Source: a virus (taxonomy: Duplodnaviria; Caudoviricetes). From it: a stretch of DNA of 64,000 nucleotides. The notes beneath the pieces were generated by a model that worked only from the letters and a program-made list of their open reading frames with translations, was not told the origin of the DNA and made no database searches. Position numbers and translations under genes: made by a program. The first letter of the stretch is position 1. Each line of letters begins with the position of its first letter. Below are positions 10,033 to 19,974 of this stretch, one piece after another. The stretch covers positions 1 to 64,000 of the IMG/VR virus record IMGVR_UViG_3300021387_001438; one strand, written 5' to 3'.

Positions 10033-11436
10033 ATGGCAAATAATAGAAAATTTACTTATGACCAATTGGCAGAAGTAACAGGAAATGGAATTGATATTGC
10101 ACTATTTCCACAAATTAGAGAAGCAATCGCAGATAGAATGAAGGAAATTTTTGGTAATGATATTGATTTATCAACAGCTTCTGCAGATGGTCAATATATA
10201 AATATGGAATCTTTAATATTTAATAACATGTATAAATTGCTTTCATATTTATTTGATAATATAAATCCAAATACAGCAAGTGGAAAATATCTAGATGTTA
10301 TGATGTCACTAATAAATATTAAAAGAAAAGGACCTACATACTCTACTGCACAGGTTGCTGTAAAATATGTTGGAAATACTACTCTTTCAAACTGTGCACA
10401 AATTGTAGCACAAGATAGAAATGGTGTTACATGGACATGGAGAAATCCTGAAGATGTATCAAATCCAGGTCAATATCAATATACTTTTAATTCTGGTGAT
10501 GACCCTGTATATTTAGTATTTACTTGTGATAATTTAGGTCCAGTTGAAGCATATAGAGGAACTGCTGTTGGTTCTCCAAGTGACCCAGATTTCTGGACAC
10601 AAGCAAATTTCCAAGATTGTAATGGAAGTATTTATAATGAATTAACTGCTAGATTTAAATTATATCAAACAAATGATGCAATTCTTGGAACTTATAATGA
10701 ATCTGACCAATCATTAAGAGCTAGAAAAGCAAGATATCTTGGTGGTAATAGTACAACTACTCAAGAAGGATTAGAAACTGCAATTTATAATTATGCTGGT
10801 GTTGATGATGTTTGGATATTTAACAATAATACAGGAACTTCACAAACCATGTTAGATGGAGCAATTATATTAACTCATGATGTTTATGTAGTAGTTCGAT
10901 ATAAAGAAAATGTTAATGTTGTAAATGCTAATAAAGAATTGGCAACTATTATTTATGAAAAATTAACTCCAGGTGTTACTACTAGTGATGGTAGCGGAGG
11001 ACTTAATCCTGGCCCAACAATTCTAGGTGGTTCAATTCAAAATGCACAGATTGAATTAGTTAGTGGATATACAACAAATATTTATTGGAAAAAAGCAAGT
11101 TCAACAAATCCAGACATTATTATTACATTTACTAAATTAAATGGTTATATTGCTGGTTCTGGTGGAGATGCTGAAACAGATTGTGAAAAGGCAATCGTTA
11201 GCAATCTTTATAATTATCTTAATAATCTTCCAATGGGTCATTTAACAACTGCTGCTGAAATTCAAGTTGCAGCAATGGGCGGTGACTTAAAACCAAATGG
11301 AACTATTACTTTTATTCCAACTGCTGTAACAATTGATGGAACAGATAGTTATCAGCTACCACTAAATTATTTTATATATTCTTCAGAAGAATTTGATTAT
11401 ACCGCAGACCCAGTTGTAACATTGAAAATCTATTAA
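10033..11436 (+). CDS. Baseplate J-like wedge protein
   Basis: DLSTASADGQ, NPNTASGKYLD, ESDQSLRAR and AGVDDVWIFNN motifs. Confidence 0.85.
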   Translation: MANNRKFTYDQLAEVTGNGIDIALFPQIREAIADRMKEIFGNDIDLSTASADGQYINMESLIFNNMYKLLSYLFDNINPNTASGKYLDVMMSLINIKRKGPTYSTAQVAVKYVGNTTLSNCAQIVAQDRNGVTWTWRNPEDVSNPGQYQYTFNSGDDPVYLVFTCDNLGPVEAYRGTAVGSPSDPDFWTQANFQDCNGSIYNELTARFKLYQTNDAILGTYNESDQSLRARKARYLGGNSTTTQEGLETAIYNYAGVDDVWIFNNNTGTSQTMLDGAIILTHDVYVVVRYKENVNVVNANKELATIIYEKLTPGVTTSDGSGGLNPGPTILGGSIQNAQIELVSGYTTNIYWKKASSTNPDIIITFTKLNGYIAGSGGDAETDCEKAIVSNLYNYLNNLPMGHLTTAAEIQVAAMGGDLKPNGTITFIPTAVTIDGTDSYQLPLNYFIYSSEEFDYTADPVVTLKIY

Positions 11437-11444
11437 AAAGGAGA

Positions 11445-12191
11445 TTGATATTTATGTTAGATAATAAATTATTAGATAAAAATTATTATTTAAATGCAAT
11501 GTCAAAATTCTTACTTAATTCTTATGGAACAGAAGAAAGATTCGATGTTTATTTAAAAATTTTAAAAAATTTAAATGATATCTCAGAAGATATATTTAGC
11601 AGACTTGATATTTATAATGTTGTAGGTTGGGATGAACCAAGTTATTTTACTAGAAATAATATTGATAAACAGGCTACAGATGATAAATGGTTGGATATTA
11701 TTGCATCTATATATAATATAAATAGAACCATGGAAATTGAATATGATGATATAAGAGAAACTCCAGCGGTATCTACTAAAGAAGCAATTACTCTTACAAA
11801 TTGGGAATTATTTATGTATATCAAAGTTGTAATTAGTAGATTAAATTTTAAAGGTACAGCAAAAGAAATTATTGATTTATATGGTAATGGTTCTCCTTCT
11901 GGTGATACAGAAGATATTAAATATTTAGGTATTTGTTATTTATGGAACATAAGTGGTTCACCTCAATCTCTTGCATGTAATGTTATATTAAATAATAATG
12001 ATTTAATTAATGATTTTAATAATTCAACTGGATATCAAAATATTTGTAAGTTGTTTTTATCAGATAAACTTTTAATTGAAAGCTTAGGTATTGTTTATAC
12101 TAAGTCTTTAGGAAGTAGAATTGAATTTGCTAAATTTAATAGTGCTAAATTCTATGACCCTTCTGAACCAGTAGTTTATATATTTGCATAA
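11445..12191 (+). CDS. Baseplate wedge protein (DUF2612 / gpI-like)
   Basis: Follows the J-like gene; WLDIIASIYNINR and FKGTAKEI motifs. Confidence 0.6.
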   Translation: MIFMLDNKLLDKNYYLNAMSKFLLNSYGTEERFDVYLKILKNLNDISEDIFSRLDIYNVVGWDEPSYFTRNNIDKQATDDKWLDIIASIYNINRTMEIEYDDIRETPAVSTKEAITLTNWELFMYIKVVISRLNFKGTAKEIIDLYGNGSPSGDTEDIKYLGICYLWNISGSPQSLACNVILNNNDLINDFNNSTGYQNICKLFLSDKLLIESLGIVYTKSLGSRIEFAKFNSAKFYDPSEPVVYIFA

Positions 12192-12202
12192 GAGGTGATT
12201 AT

Positions 12203-12592
12203 ATGAAATATAGGAATATGATAAAAAATGCAGATGGAACATACAATATCGTTTGGTTTGGAAGTGCTGGGCTTGATGACAATGGTCACAAAATACCAGC
12301 TGAAAATTATGTCACAGGTCAAGAAGGAGTTGCTAAATCTCTTATTCAATGGTTAGCTGTTTTAAAGGGTGAACTTTGGTATAGCATAAATTTTGGATTA
12401 CCAGCTTTAGATAAAGTTAGAAATAAAGCAATTTATGATGCTTATATTATAAAAGTAATTTCTTCTCATTATGAAGTTAGAACAATTAAAGAATATACAT
12501 CTAAAGTTGAAAATGGAATTTATTCATTTGATTGTATAATTATTTCAATATTTGATGAAGAATTTAGTATTAATTCACAAGCAAATATATAA
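12203..12592 (+). CDS. Baseplate wedge / sheath initiator (gp25-like)
   Basis: LAVLKGELWYSINFGLP motif; 129 aa. Confidence 0.7.
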   Translation: MKYRNMIKNADGTYNIVWFGSAGLDDNGHKIPAENYVTGQEGVAKSLIQWLAVLKGELWYSINFGLPALDKVRNKAIYDAYIIKVISSHYEVRTIKEYTSKVENGIYSFDCIIISIFDEEFSINSQANI

Positions 12593-12623
12593 GGTAGCAA
12601 ATACCAAATATTTAAATTATAAT
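12593..12623 (+). promoter_or_regulatory. Promoter GGTAGCAA-N17-TATAAT
   Basis: TAGCAA 12595-12600, 17-bp spacer, TATAAT 12618-12623; same motif at 15153 and 44847. Confidence 0.6.
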
Positions 12624-12649
12624 AAATATTAGTAGGAGGAAATTAGTCG

Positions 12650-14656
12650 ATGAAAGTTTTAATAAAAACACAACTAAGTGCTCATAAATATAAAACACCA
12701 GAAGGCTACCTTGTTTGTCAAGATGCTATTTTAGCTAGAACTGGTGCTCAAGAATATTATAAATCTGAAATCTATGAAACATTTGAAGGAGAAGATGAAG
12801 TAATTTTGGTATATAGAAATCCAAATGAAGTTTTTGCACCAGCAACTTTGGCCTCATTTGAAGATAAACCAATTACCGTTGAACATCCTGATGAATCTGT
12901 TACACCAGAAAATTATAGTACTCTTGCTGTTGGTCATACAAGAAATGTTAGAAAAGGTAAATTTAATAATCAGGATGTAATGATTGCTGATTTAATTATT
13001 ACTGATGCCGATGCAATCAAGGATATTGAATCTGGAGTTCGTACAGATTTATCGTGTGGATATGATTGTGATATTACTGATGGTGATAAGCCTGAACAGA
13101 TTAATATCAGAGGAAACCATGTAGCACTATGTGAACAAGGTAGAGCCGGTATTGCAAAAATTATTGATAGTAAAACTATTAAGGATGAGCAATATAAAGG
13201 ATATATTATTTCAACTGGTTCATACGGAACAAAAATTATTAAAAATGATAAGAAAGTAATGGAGGTTGAAACTCCTAATGAAGCTCGTAAATGGATTGAT
13301 GAGCAATTCAAAAAAGAGAAGAGAAGAAAATATCGTGTAACTTTTGTAAATAGTGCCGATAAAACAAGCAATAAAATTGTTGAAGCAAAAGATGAAAATG
13401 AAGCCAGAAAGAAAGCTAAAGAAGATAAAGAAGTATTTAGAATTACAGATGTTACAATCGAAGACTCATTTATTGTTAAAGGCTTTCCTAAAAAATTTGA
13501 TAAATTTATACAAAAATATCCTGATATTGAATTTGAAAAAACAGGAAGAGCAAGCTTTAAAGTCACAATTCCTAATAAAGAAGACAAATGGTCTTTGTGG
13601 GAAGAATTAAAAATAATGAATCCTAGTTCAATGGAAATGTTAAAAGATGGAATTAGTCTTGAATTTGATAGTGAATCAGTTTTAGATTCTTGTCCTGTTA
13701 AAGATACTGCTACTCTTCCTTCAACAGATAAGAGTAAGATTAGTAATTATCTTTCTTCAATTTCAAAATTTACTAAAAATGATACAGATATTTTTGATGT
13801 TATTAATCCATTAAAAGAAATGGGATATGATTTAGTTAGAGAGCATATTGATGGTTGGAGACAAATGCCTGATGGAAGATATCGTAAAGATTATTTCTTT
13901 AAGGTTGATGGATATAAAGATGTTTTCATGATTTCATTCTATGTTGAGAATGATGGTAAATGGAAAGTTGATGAAATCAATGCATACTTTACAGGAAAAA
14001 CTAAATCTGTTGATGCTGCTCCATATAAATCAAATAGAAACAAATATGTTATTTTTGAAGAAAATGGAAATTTAATGGGTTCATCTTATAATAATTATTA
14101 TTTATATGGTGATAGAGATAAGTTCGATACTTATGACTCATTTAATTCTGTTGAAGAATTAACAGAATACTTAATGGATAATAAAAATATTAAAAGAGAA
14201 AATATTATTTATGTAAAAGATGCATTTAAGTATAAGAAACCAAAAGCAATTAATAAAGCTAAATTAAAAGAACTTAATAAAATGTTAAAAGCAGTCAATA
14301 CTGATACTGTTAATGATGATGAAAGAGAAGAAATGATTGCTCATCAGAAGCGTAAAATTAAGGAAAAGATTTTAGCTAATATTAAAAAGACAGAATCTGA
14401 AATTGCAGAAAATGCAGAAAATGGTTTAGATACAAATATTAATAATTGGTATAATGAAAATTTTGATGCTCTTAGCATGAATGAAGATGTTACATTTAAT
14501 GATTTATTTGATGCTCTTGATAATAAAGAATCAGTATATGATTTATTAGGAATTGATGATTATGATGCAGTTAAACAATGTTTAACAAAATTAGCAGAAT
14601 TAATTAATGCTCCATATGATTATGTTTATGAGCAATGGTCATCATATGAGGAATAA
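12650..14656 (+). CDS. DUF2213-type head maturation protease with long multidomain C-terminal extension
   Basis: TPEGYLVC, ARTGAQEY, FEDKPITVEHP, LSCGYDCD and NHVALCEQGRAG motifs in the first ~170 aa. Confidence 0.8.
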   Translation: MKVLIKTQLSAHKYKTPEGYLVCQDAILARTGAQEYYKSEIYETFEGEDEVILVYRNPNEVFAPATLASFEDKPITVEHPDESVTPENYSTLAVGHTRNVRKGKFNNQDVMIADLIITDADAIKDIESGVRTDLSCGYDCDITDGDKPEQINIRGNHVALCEQGRAGIAKIIDSKTIKDEQYKGYIISTGSYGTKIIKNDKKVMEVETPNEARKWIDEQFKKEKRRKYRVTFVNSADKTSNKIVEAKDENEARKKAKEDKEVFRITDVTIEDSFIVKGFPKKFDKFIQKYPDIEFEKTGRASFKVTIPNKEDKWSLWEELKIMNPSSMEMLKDGISLEFDSESVLDSCPVKDTATLPSTDKSKISNYLSSISKFTKNDTDIFDVINPLKEMGYDLVREHIDGWRQMPDGRYRKDYFFKVDGYKDVFMISFYVENDGKWKVDEINAYFTGKTKSVDAAPYKSNRNKYVIFEENGNLMGSSYNNYYLYGDRDKFDTYDSFNSVEELTEYLMDNKNIKRENIIYVKDAFKYKKPKAINKAKLKELNKMLKAVNTDTVNDDEREEMIAHQKRKIKEKILANIKKTESEIAENAENGLDTNINNWYNENFDALSMNEDVTFNDLFDALDNKESVYDLLGIDDYDAVKQCLTKLAELINAPYDYVYEQWSSYEE

Positions 14657-14658
14657 AA

Positions 14659-15141
14659 ATGCTTGATGATATAGTAGAAAAAGTAAAGTTAATCAGCATA
14701 CTTAATCAATACTATATTGAATTCGGTGTTTTACAAGAAGATGAATATATTAAATTAAATGTAAATATATTAAATACAGATGATACGATATCTCAAGTAG
14801 AAATGTCTGTTAAAGATATTGTATATTTTACTGAAAATGGTACAGTAACTATCCCAGGAAAGCATATCTTGTCTAAGTTGCTGTACCTAATAGATTTTAG
14901 AATCGACAAAATGTTAAATGAAATTGTCGATGGAGTATTTGAGGATAGTTGGACTGAAAATTATATAGAAGCTAAGCTACAAGAATTGGAAGCACATTTA
15001 CAAATTTATATCAGAGCAATGATAAGAAGTGAGCTTGCTGGTTCCGTTAATACATTACTTGGAACTAAAAATGAAAATGAATATTATTACAATTTTGATG
15101 TTTTAGAAAGATTCATAAAGTGTAAAATTGTGAAAAAATAA
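14659..15141 (+). CDS. Putative neck / tail-completion protein
   Basis: FTENGTVTIPGKHIL resembles the EFGT..IP.RPF motif of HK97 gp10-like proteins. Confidence 0.4.
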   Translation: MLDDIVEKVKLISILNQYYIEFGVLQEDEYIKLNVNILNTDDTISQVEMSVKDIVYFTENGTVTIPGKHILSKLLYLIDFRIDKMLNEIVDGVFEDSWTENYIEAKLQELEAHLQIYIRAMIRSELAGSVNTLLGTKNENEYYYNFDVLERFIKCKIVKK

Positions 15142-15152
15142 TTTTTAATAGC

Positions 15153-15183
15153 GGTAGCATTTATATATTTATTAGTCTATAAT
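15153..15183 (+). promoter_or_regulatory. Promoter GGTAGCAT-N17-TATAAT upstream of scaffold/capsid genes
   Basis: TAGCAT 15155-15160, 17-bp spacer, TATAAT 15178-15183. Confidence 0.6.
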
Positions 15184-15222
15184 TATCATAGAAACTGAAA
15201 TTTAGAAAATGGAGGAATAGAA

Positions 15223-15798
15223 ATGGCATTACTATTTAAAGTTACTGACACTTCTGGCAAGACTAAGATTGTTAAAGATAAGTCTTCAGTAGAAACTGAA
15301 AAGAGATTTACTAAAACACAGTCTAATGATGCTAAGGAAGAAGAAAAGGAAACTCAGTTTACTAAAGAAGAAGTAAAGGCTTTAAAGACTTTAATTGAAA
15401 AGTTAGATGACCTATTATCTTTACTTCCATCCGATGATAAGAAGGATAAGGACAAAGATAAGAAGGATAAGGATAAAAAGGAAAAAGATGATGAGTCATT
15501 TGATGAAGAGTTTGAGTTCGACGAAGAGGAAGAAGTAGCAACAAAAGATGAAAATATTGTTGACCTTCCCGATGACGAAGATGCCGAAGAGTCCGAAGAA
15601 GTTTCTGAGGAGATTACTGAGGACGGCTTAGTTGATGTCGATGATGACCTAGATGAAGTCAAGAGCACAAAAACAAATGATTCAAAGAAGTCCTTTGGTG
15701 CTATTGAATCAAAACAAGAGTCAACTACATATTCCAACGAGGATATGCAAGCTGAAATTGCAGAAGCAATGAGAAAAAGATATGGAGGAAGAAAGTAA
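15223..15798 (+). CDS. Capsid scaffolding protein
   Basis: Highly acidic, directly upstream of decoration and capsid genes; basic C-terminus AMRKRYGGRK. Confidence 0.6.
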   Translation: MALLFKVTDTSGKTKIVKDKSSVETEKRFTKTQSNDAKEEEKETQFTKEEVKALKTLIEKLDDLLSLLPSDDKKDKDKDKKDKDKKEKDDESFDEEFEFDEEEEVATKDENIVDLPDDEDAEESEEVSEEITEDGLVDVDDDLDEVKSTKTNDSKKSFGAIESKQESTTYSNEDMQAEIAEAMRKRYGGRK

Positions 15799-15800
15799 TT

Positions 15801-16301
15801 ATGGGATTAATCATTAAGAAGAAGTTACCTATGTTACTAGCTGGTTATCCTACAGTTAGTGATAAGTATGGAGTTCAGGGTGGTATCCTTGGTGGTTCTA
15901 CTGCTGCTCATTATGGAGATGTATTAGTATTCGGTTCTGAACAGGGCGAATATGAAGTAGCTGCTGCAGGTGCTACTGCTGCAGAAGTTGCTGGTATCGT
16001 ATTAGCAACAAACATTAAGTTAGTTCGTCAGTTCCCAGGTGGTTCAAATGCAGTAAATGCAACATTTGAAGTTGGTGAAGCTGTCAATGTATGTATCAAT
16101 GGTTATATTGCAGTACCTGTTGCTGTAACAGATATTACAAATTTAGTTGAAGGTGCAGATGTTTACTTAAATGCAAATGGTAAGTTAACAGAAGATTCAA
16201 CTGGTGATTTATTAGCTGGTTGGAAGTTTACTGGTATCTATGAGAATAAGGGTACAGCAGTAACTCCAGCATACGTAGCAGAAATCAAGTTCAATATTTA
16301 A
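15801..16301 (+). CDS. Capsid decoration / cement protein
   Basis: 166 aa, G/A/V-rich, immediately before the MCP as is typical in DUF2184 phages. Confidence 0.65.
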   Translation: MGLIIKKKLPMLLAGYPTVSDKYGVQGGILGGSTAAHYGDVLVFGSEQGEYEVAAAGATAAEVAGIVLATNIKLVRQFPGGSNAVNATFEVGEAVNVCINGYIAVPVAVTDITNLVEGADVYLNANGKLTEDSTGDLLAGWKFTGIYENKGTAVTPAYVAEIKFNI

Positions 16302-16320
16302 TAGATGGAGGTAAAGTAAG

Positions 16321-17421
16321 ATGGGATTTACAGAAGTTAAGGTAGAAAATAAATTTTTCGTTGATGCGGTATCTCCTGAGAAAAGAGGTACTTGTGTAAA
16401 GGTATCCGATATGTATGGCTTAAAGGCTTGCCGTACAGTTATCGGTGATGCTAAGATTCATGATATGAACTTTGGTTTCTTATCAACTGAATTAGCAAAG
16501 TTACATACTAAGGCTTATGAGCCAAAGTGGTATGTAACATGGCAGGAAGACTTACCATTCGATAATGGTGGAGGTCTTGTTGATTATGTTGAATGGTACT
16601 CTGTTGATTGGTCTGGTATTTTAAATAACAACCGTAACTTAGTATCAAACAATGCAAATTATATTCCAAGAGTAAATGCCGCTATGACTCAGAACTTAGC
16701 AAAGGTATTTACATATCAGGTTGCATATGATTTAAGATTCGTTGAATTAGAGAAGATGAAGAAGGAAAAGCTTCAGAAGTCTATTCAGGATATTTATAAT
16801 GATGCAATTCTTGCTGGTTGGGATTTATTCGTTCAGGATGTTGCTTATACTGGTATGCAGGGTGTAACTGGTTTATTCAATGATGCTAAGGTTTTAGTTA
16901 ACGTTATTGATAATAATGGTACAACTGGTTCTGGTTTTGAAGGTTTAACTGATGATGTTGTTGTTGCAGCAATCAATGGTATCTTCGCTACTTACTTATC
17001 AGAAAGTAATTTAAACGTTACAATCTTACCAGATAGAATTTTAGTTCCTATGTTCGTTATGAACGACTTAGTATCTAGATTCTCTGCATTATATTCTAAT
17101 TCATTATATGACTTCATTATTGACCATAACTTAGCTAAGGCTCAGGCAAAGGGCAAGAACTTCTCATTAGAGATTGTTGGTCGTGATGGATTAGATACAT
17201 TAGGTACTGCTGGTAAGGGCCGTATTGTAGCATACAAGAAGGATAAGGATTTCGTAAGAATCGATATCCCTTATGATATGCAGCATTATATTACATTACC
17301 AAATATCGAAAGAATGGCTTATACATCCGCATTCTTGGGTCAGGTTTCTCAGGTACAGTTACCATATAATACTGATGCAAATGAATTCGGTATTGTTTCT
17401 TACTGGGATTTCACTCACTAA
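16321..17421 (+). CDS. Major capsid protein, DUF2184 type
   Basis: GFLSTELAKLHTKAYEP, YTGMQGVTGLFN, LPDRILVP and RIVAYKKDKDFVRIDIP motifs; biased codon usage. Confidence 0.85.
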   Translation: MGFTEVKVENKFFVDAVSPEKRGTCVKVSDMYGLKACRTVIGDAKIHDMNFGFLSTELAKLHTKAYEPKWYVTWQEDLPFDNGGGLVDYVEWYSVDWSGILNNNRNLVSNNANYIPRVNAAMTQNLAKVFTYQVAYDLRFVELEKMKKEKLQKSIQDIYNDAILAGWDLFVQDVAYTGMQGVTGLFNDAKVLVNVIDNNGTTGSGFEGLTDDVVVAAINGIFATYLSESNLNVTILPDRILVPMFVMNDLVSRFSALYSNSLYDFIIDHNLAKAQAKGKNFSLEIVGRDGLDTLGTAGKGRIVAYKKDKDFVRIDIPYDMQHYITLPNIERMAYTSAFLGQVSQVQLPYNTDANEFGIVSYWDFTH

Positions 17422-17454
17422 TATAAAAATAAATAATGTATTAGCGAAATAACT

Positions 17455-17503
17455 ATGGGCTAAATTTAGACTAGCTAGTTTAGTCTAAATTTGCCCATTT
17501 TTT
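17455..17503 (+). terminator. Intrinsic terminator after the MCP
   Basis: ATGGGC-T-AAATTTAGACTA loop TAGTCTAAATTT-GCCCAT followed by a T run. Confidence 0.75.
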
Positions 17504-17529
17504 CGTTTATAGAAAAGGAGAATAAACAA

Positions 17530-18945
17530 ATGAAGGTTAAATTTAAAAATGGCTATACAGTCGAAATTGATGATGCTTATTTAAAGAATACTCCTAAGTG
17601 TGAAATCATTAAAAAGGCAAAAACAATTGTAGATGAAATGGCTTGTGATGAAGATAATGTACCAATGGTAATTATCAAAAAGATTAAAACTCCTAATGGA
17701 TTCAAGGTTGTTGTTATCAAAAATAATACAGTTTCTGGTATTAAGCGTTTTGATAAGAACAATGAATATGAAGCTCAAGATTTTTATGATAGACTTGCAG
17801 ATAAGTATAATCTTGATGAAGAAGGATATGAAGATTATGGTAACACAAGAATTGCTGCTCCTGCACAATATTTTAAAATGCAGATGCAAGATTCTGTTGC
17901 TAGAAAATCAAAGAAGGTTAAAGATGCACCAATTGCTTTTTCTGAAGAATTAGGTTTTGCTGTAACACCTACAACAATTAACAGATTAATTTCTAAGAAA
18001 AATGGTCATGCATTAGACCCTAAGGCTCTTGCAAAGGCTCTTCATTATTTAGAAACTGACTTAGATTATGATATTAATGTTAAGGGACCAAAATGGGCAG
18101 ACCCAGATAATATGGTTACTGACCCAAGAATGGTTAATAAAATCATGAAAAGATATAATGAGTTTGTTGCTGAACTAGATAAAATTGATGATGAAGCTTT
18201 CAATGATAAAGCTCAGGAAATCATTGATAAGGTAGATGTTCTAAAACAGATAGTTTATGGTATTGATGATACTGGCCCAGATGTATCTTCTGAAGAAGAT
18301 GTAGAAAGCGTTAAAACAGTTGAAGAAGAAACTCCAGTAATCGAAGAGCCAGTTAAAGAAGTAGTTAAAGAAAAGGTAGTTAAAAAGGCTGCTCCAAAGA
18401 CTGCTAAGCCAGTTGAAAAGGTTGAAACCAAAGTTGAGGTTAAGCCAGTAGAAAAAGAAATTCCTACTGCAGACCCAAATATTAATTATGCTGATGATGA
18501 AGAAGAAGTTGATTGGGAAGATTCTGTTGATGATGCATGTCATGATTCAGATTGTGAAGATGTATTTATTGAAGATGTTCCCGTTGCTGGTGCTACAGTA
18601 CATGCATCAGTAGAAGGTGCTCCTGACCACTCCTTCAACAAGACAATTCTTGTAAGAGGAAATTCAAGAGCTTTATCAGAAGATGAGACTGATGCAGAAT
18701 ATGGTCGTAGACTATTAATGGGCGAATATGAAGACGTAAAGGAAACTTTATTGTACGATATTGCACATGCAGGAGAAGTAGCAGCCGTTACTCCAAAGTA
18801 TTTATTACATATGGGTATGGAAAAGTATAAAGAAATTGTTGATTTATATAATGTTCCAGGTCTTGAAAGAGAATATGCTGAATTAGTTAGACTATATAAC
18901 AAGCTATTCTATAATGGATATTATTTAGGAGTAAGAGGAAATTAA
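17530..18945 (+). CDS. Multidomain acidic virion protein, unknown function
   Basis: RBS AAGGAG before ATG 17530; low-complexity E/K/V/P linker; several xxD-S/A sites. Confidence 0.65.
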   Translation: MKVKFKNGYTVEIDDAYLKNTPKCEIIKKAKTIVDEMACDEDNVPMVIIKKIKTPNGFKVVVIKNNTVSGIKRFDKNNEYEAQDFYDRLADKYNLDEEGYEDYGNTRIAAPAQYFKMQMQDSVARKSKKVKDAPIAFSEELGFAVTPTTINRLISKKNGHALDPKALAKALHYLETDLDYDINVKGPKWADPDNMVTDPRMVNKIMKRYNEFVAELDKIDDEAFNDKAQEIIDKVDVLKQIVYGIDDTGPDVSSEEDVESVKTVEEETPVIEEPVKEVVKEKVVKKAAPKTAKPVEKVETKVEVKPVEKEIPTADPNINYADDEEEVDWEDSVDDACHDSDCEDVFIEDVPVAGATVHASVEGAPDHSFNKTILVRGNSRALSEDETDAEYGRRLLMGEYEDVKETLLYDIAHAGEVAAVTPKYLLHMGMEKYKEIVDLYNVPGLEREYAELVRLYNKLFYNGYYLGVRGN

Positions 18946-18963
18946 AGTAAAGGAGGAAATATT

Positions 18964-19383
18964 ATGCCAAATTACCAAAATCATGTTGTAGACCCTACTT
19001 GGTTCTGGGATGCAATAGAAGAATTTTCATTTGATTTTGATTGGTTCATTGTTGGCTCCGTTACTACAGATGAATTATTTAGAGATAAATATACATATAC
19101 CAAAGATACTATTAGAGGCTCCTTGCAATCACAAGGAACTTCTATTAGTCTATCAAAAACAGGTAATACTGAAAATATGGAATATGAATTTTATTGTAAA
19201 AGTATATTCAGAATTAAAGTGGGGGATTTTATCCTATATAAAGATAGATGGTTACATGTTGAGTCAGTAAGAGATATTGATGAATATGGATGTAGAAGTG
19301 CAAGATTAAAAATGGTAAATCTTAATAATTATAATGATTTATTAGAATATGTAAAATATTTAGAAGGAGAAATACTAGTATGA
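18964..19383 (+). CDS. Head closure / head-tail joining protein
   Basis: IRGSLQSQG and GDFILYKDRWLHVESVRD motifs; position. Confidence 0.55.
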   Translation: MPNYQNHVVDPTWFWDAIEEFSFDFDWFIVGSVTTDELFRDKYTYTKDTIRGSLQSQGTSISLSKTGNTENMEYEFYCKSIFRIKVGDFILYKDRWLHVESVRDIDEYGCRSARLKMVNLNNYNDLLEYVKYLEGEILV

Positions 19384-19922
19384 TACCAGCAATTACTTTT
19401 GAAGATATTATTAAGGTCATTGGAAATGAAATCCTAGAACAAACAAACATTAGAAGAGATATGTTCAAAAATGTTACTGGTGTTCGTGGTTCTTCTCTTG
19501 CAAAGAAATTATCTGATACAGAATTAGGTTCAATCAATTTAAATGATACATTTATTGTCTTTGAATTAAATGAAGATGAAGATACTTCAAATAATGTAAC
19601 AATTAATGAAAGTGATGATACAGTAAATTTATTTACTGCATATAACTTCTTTCTTAAAATTTATGGCAATAAATGTCATACTGTAGCTCAGCAAATACTA
19701 ACTAGATTAAGGTCAAGACTAATTTCTTTTAGATTAAGAGGCCGTGGTGTTTTGTTAACGGAAATTACTTTTCCAGTTAATCAAAACGAATTTATAAATA
19801 ATACTTTGTGGCCTAGATGCGATTTAACCATCAAGCTACGAGTAAGACATAATATATCACTTGTTAAACCAGAAGGTGAATTCAGTGATGAAAATTGTCA
19901 AATTATTATTGACGAAATATAA
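19380..19922 (+). CDS. Neck / tail terminator protein
   Basis: Upstream of the sheath; LKIYGNKC and RCDLTIKL pattern. Confidence 0.55.
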   Translation: MIPAITFEDIIKVIGNEILEQTNIRRDMFKNVTGVRGSSLAKKLSDTELGSINLNDTFIVFELNEDEDTSNNVTINESDDTVNLFTAYNFFLKIYGNKCHTVAQQILTRLRSRLISFRLRGRGVLLTEITFPVNQNEFINNTLWPRCDLTIKLRVRHNISLVKPEGEFSDENCQIIIDEI

Positions 19923-19974
19923 TTATAATGATATAATTATATTATAAATAACTATACAAAGGAGAAAAATAAAT

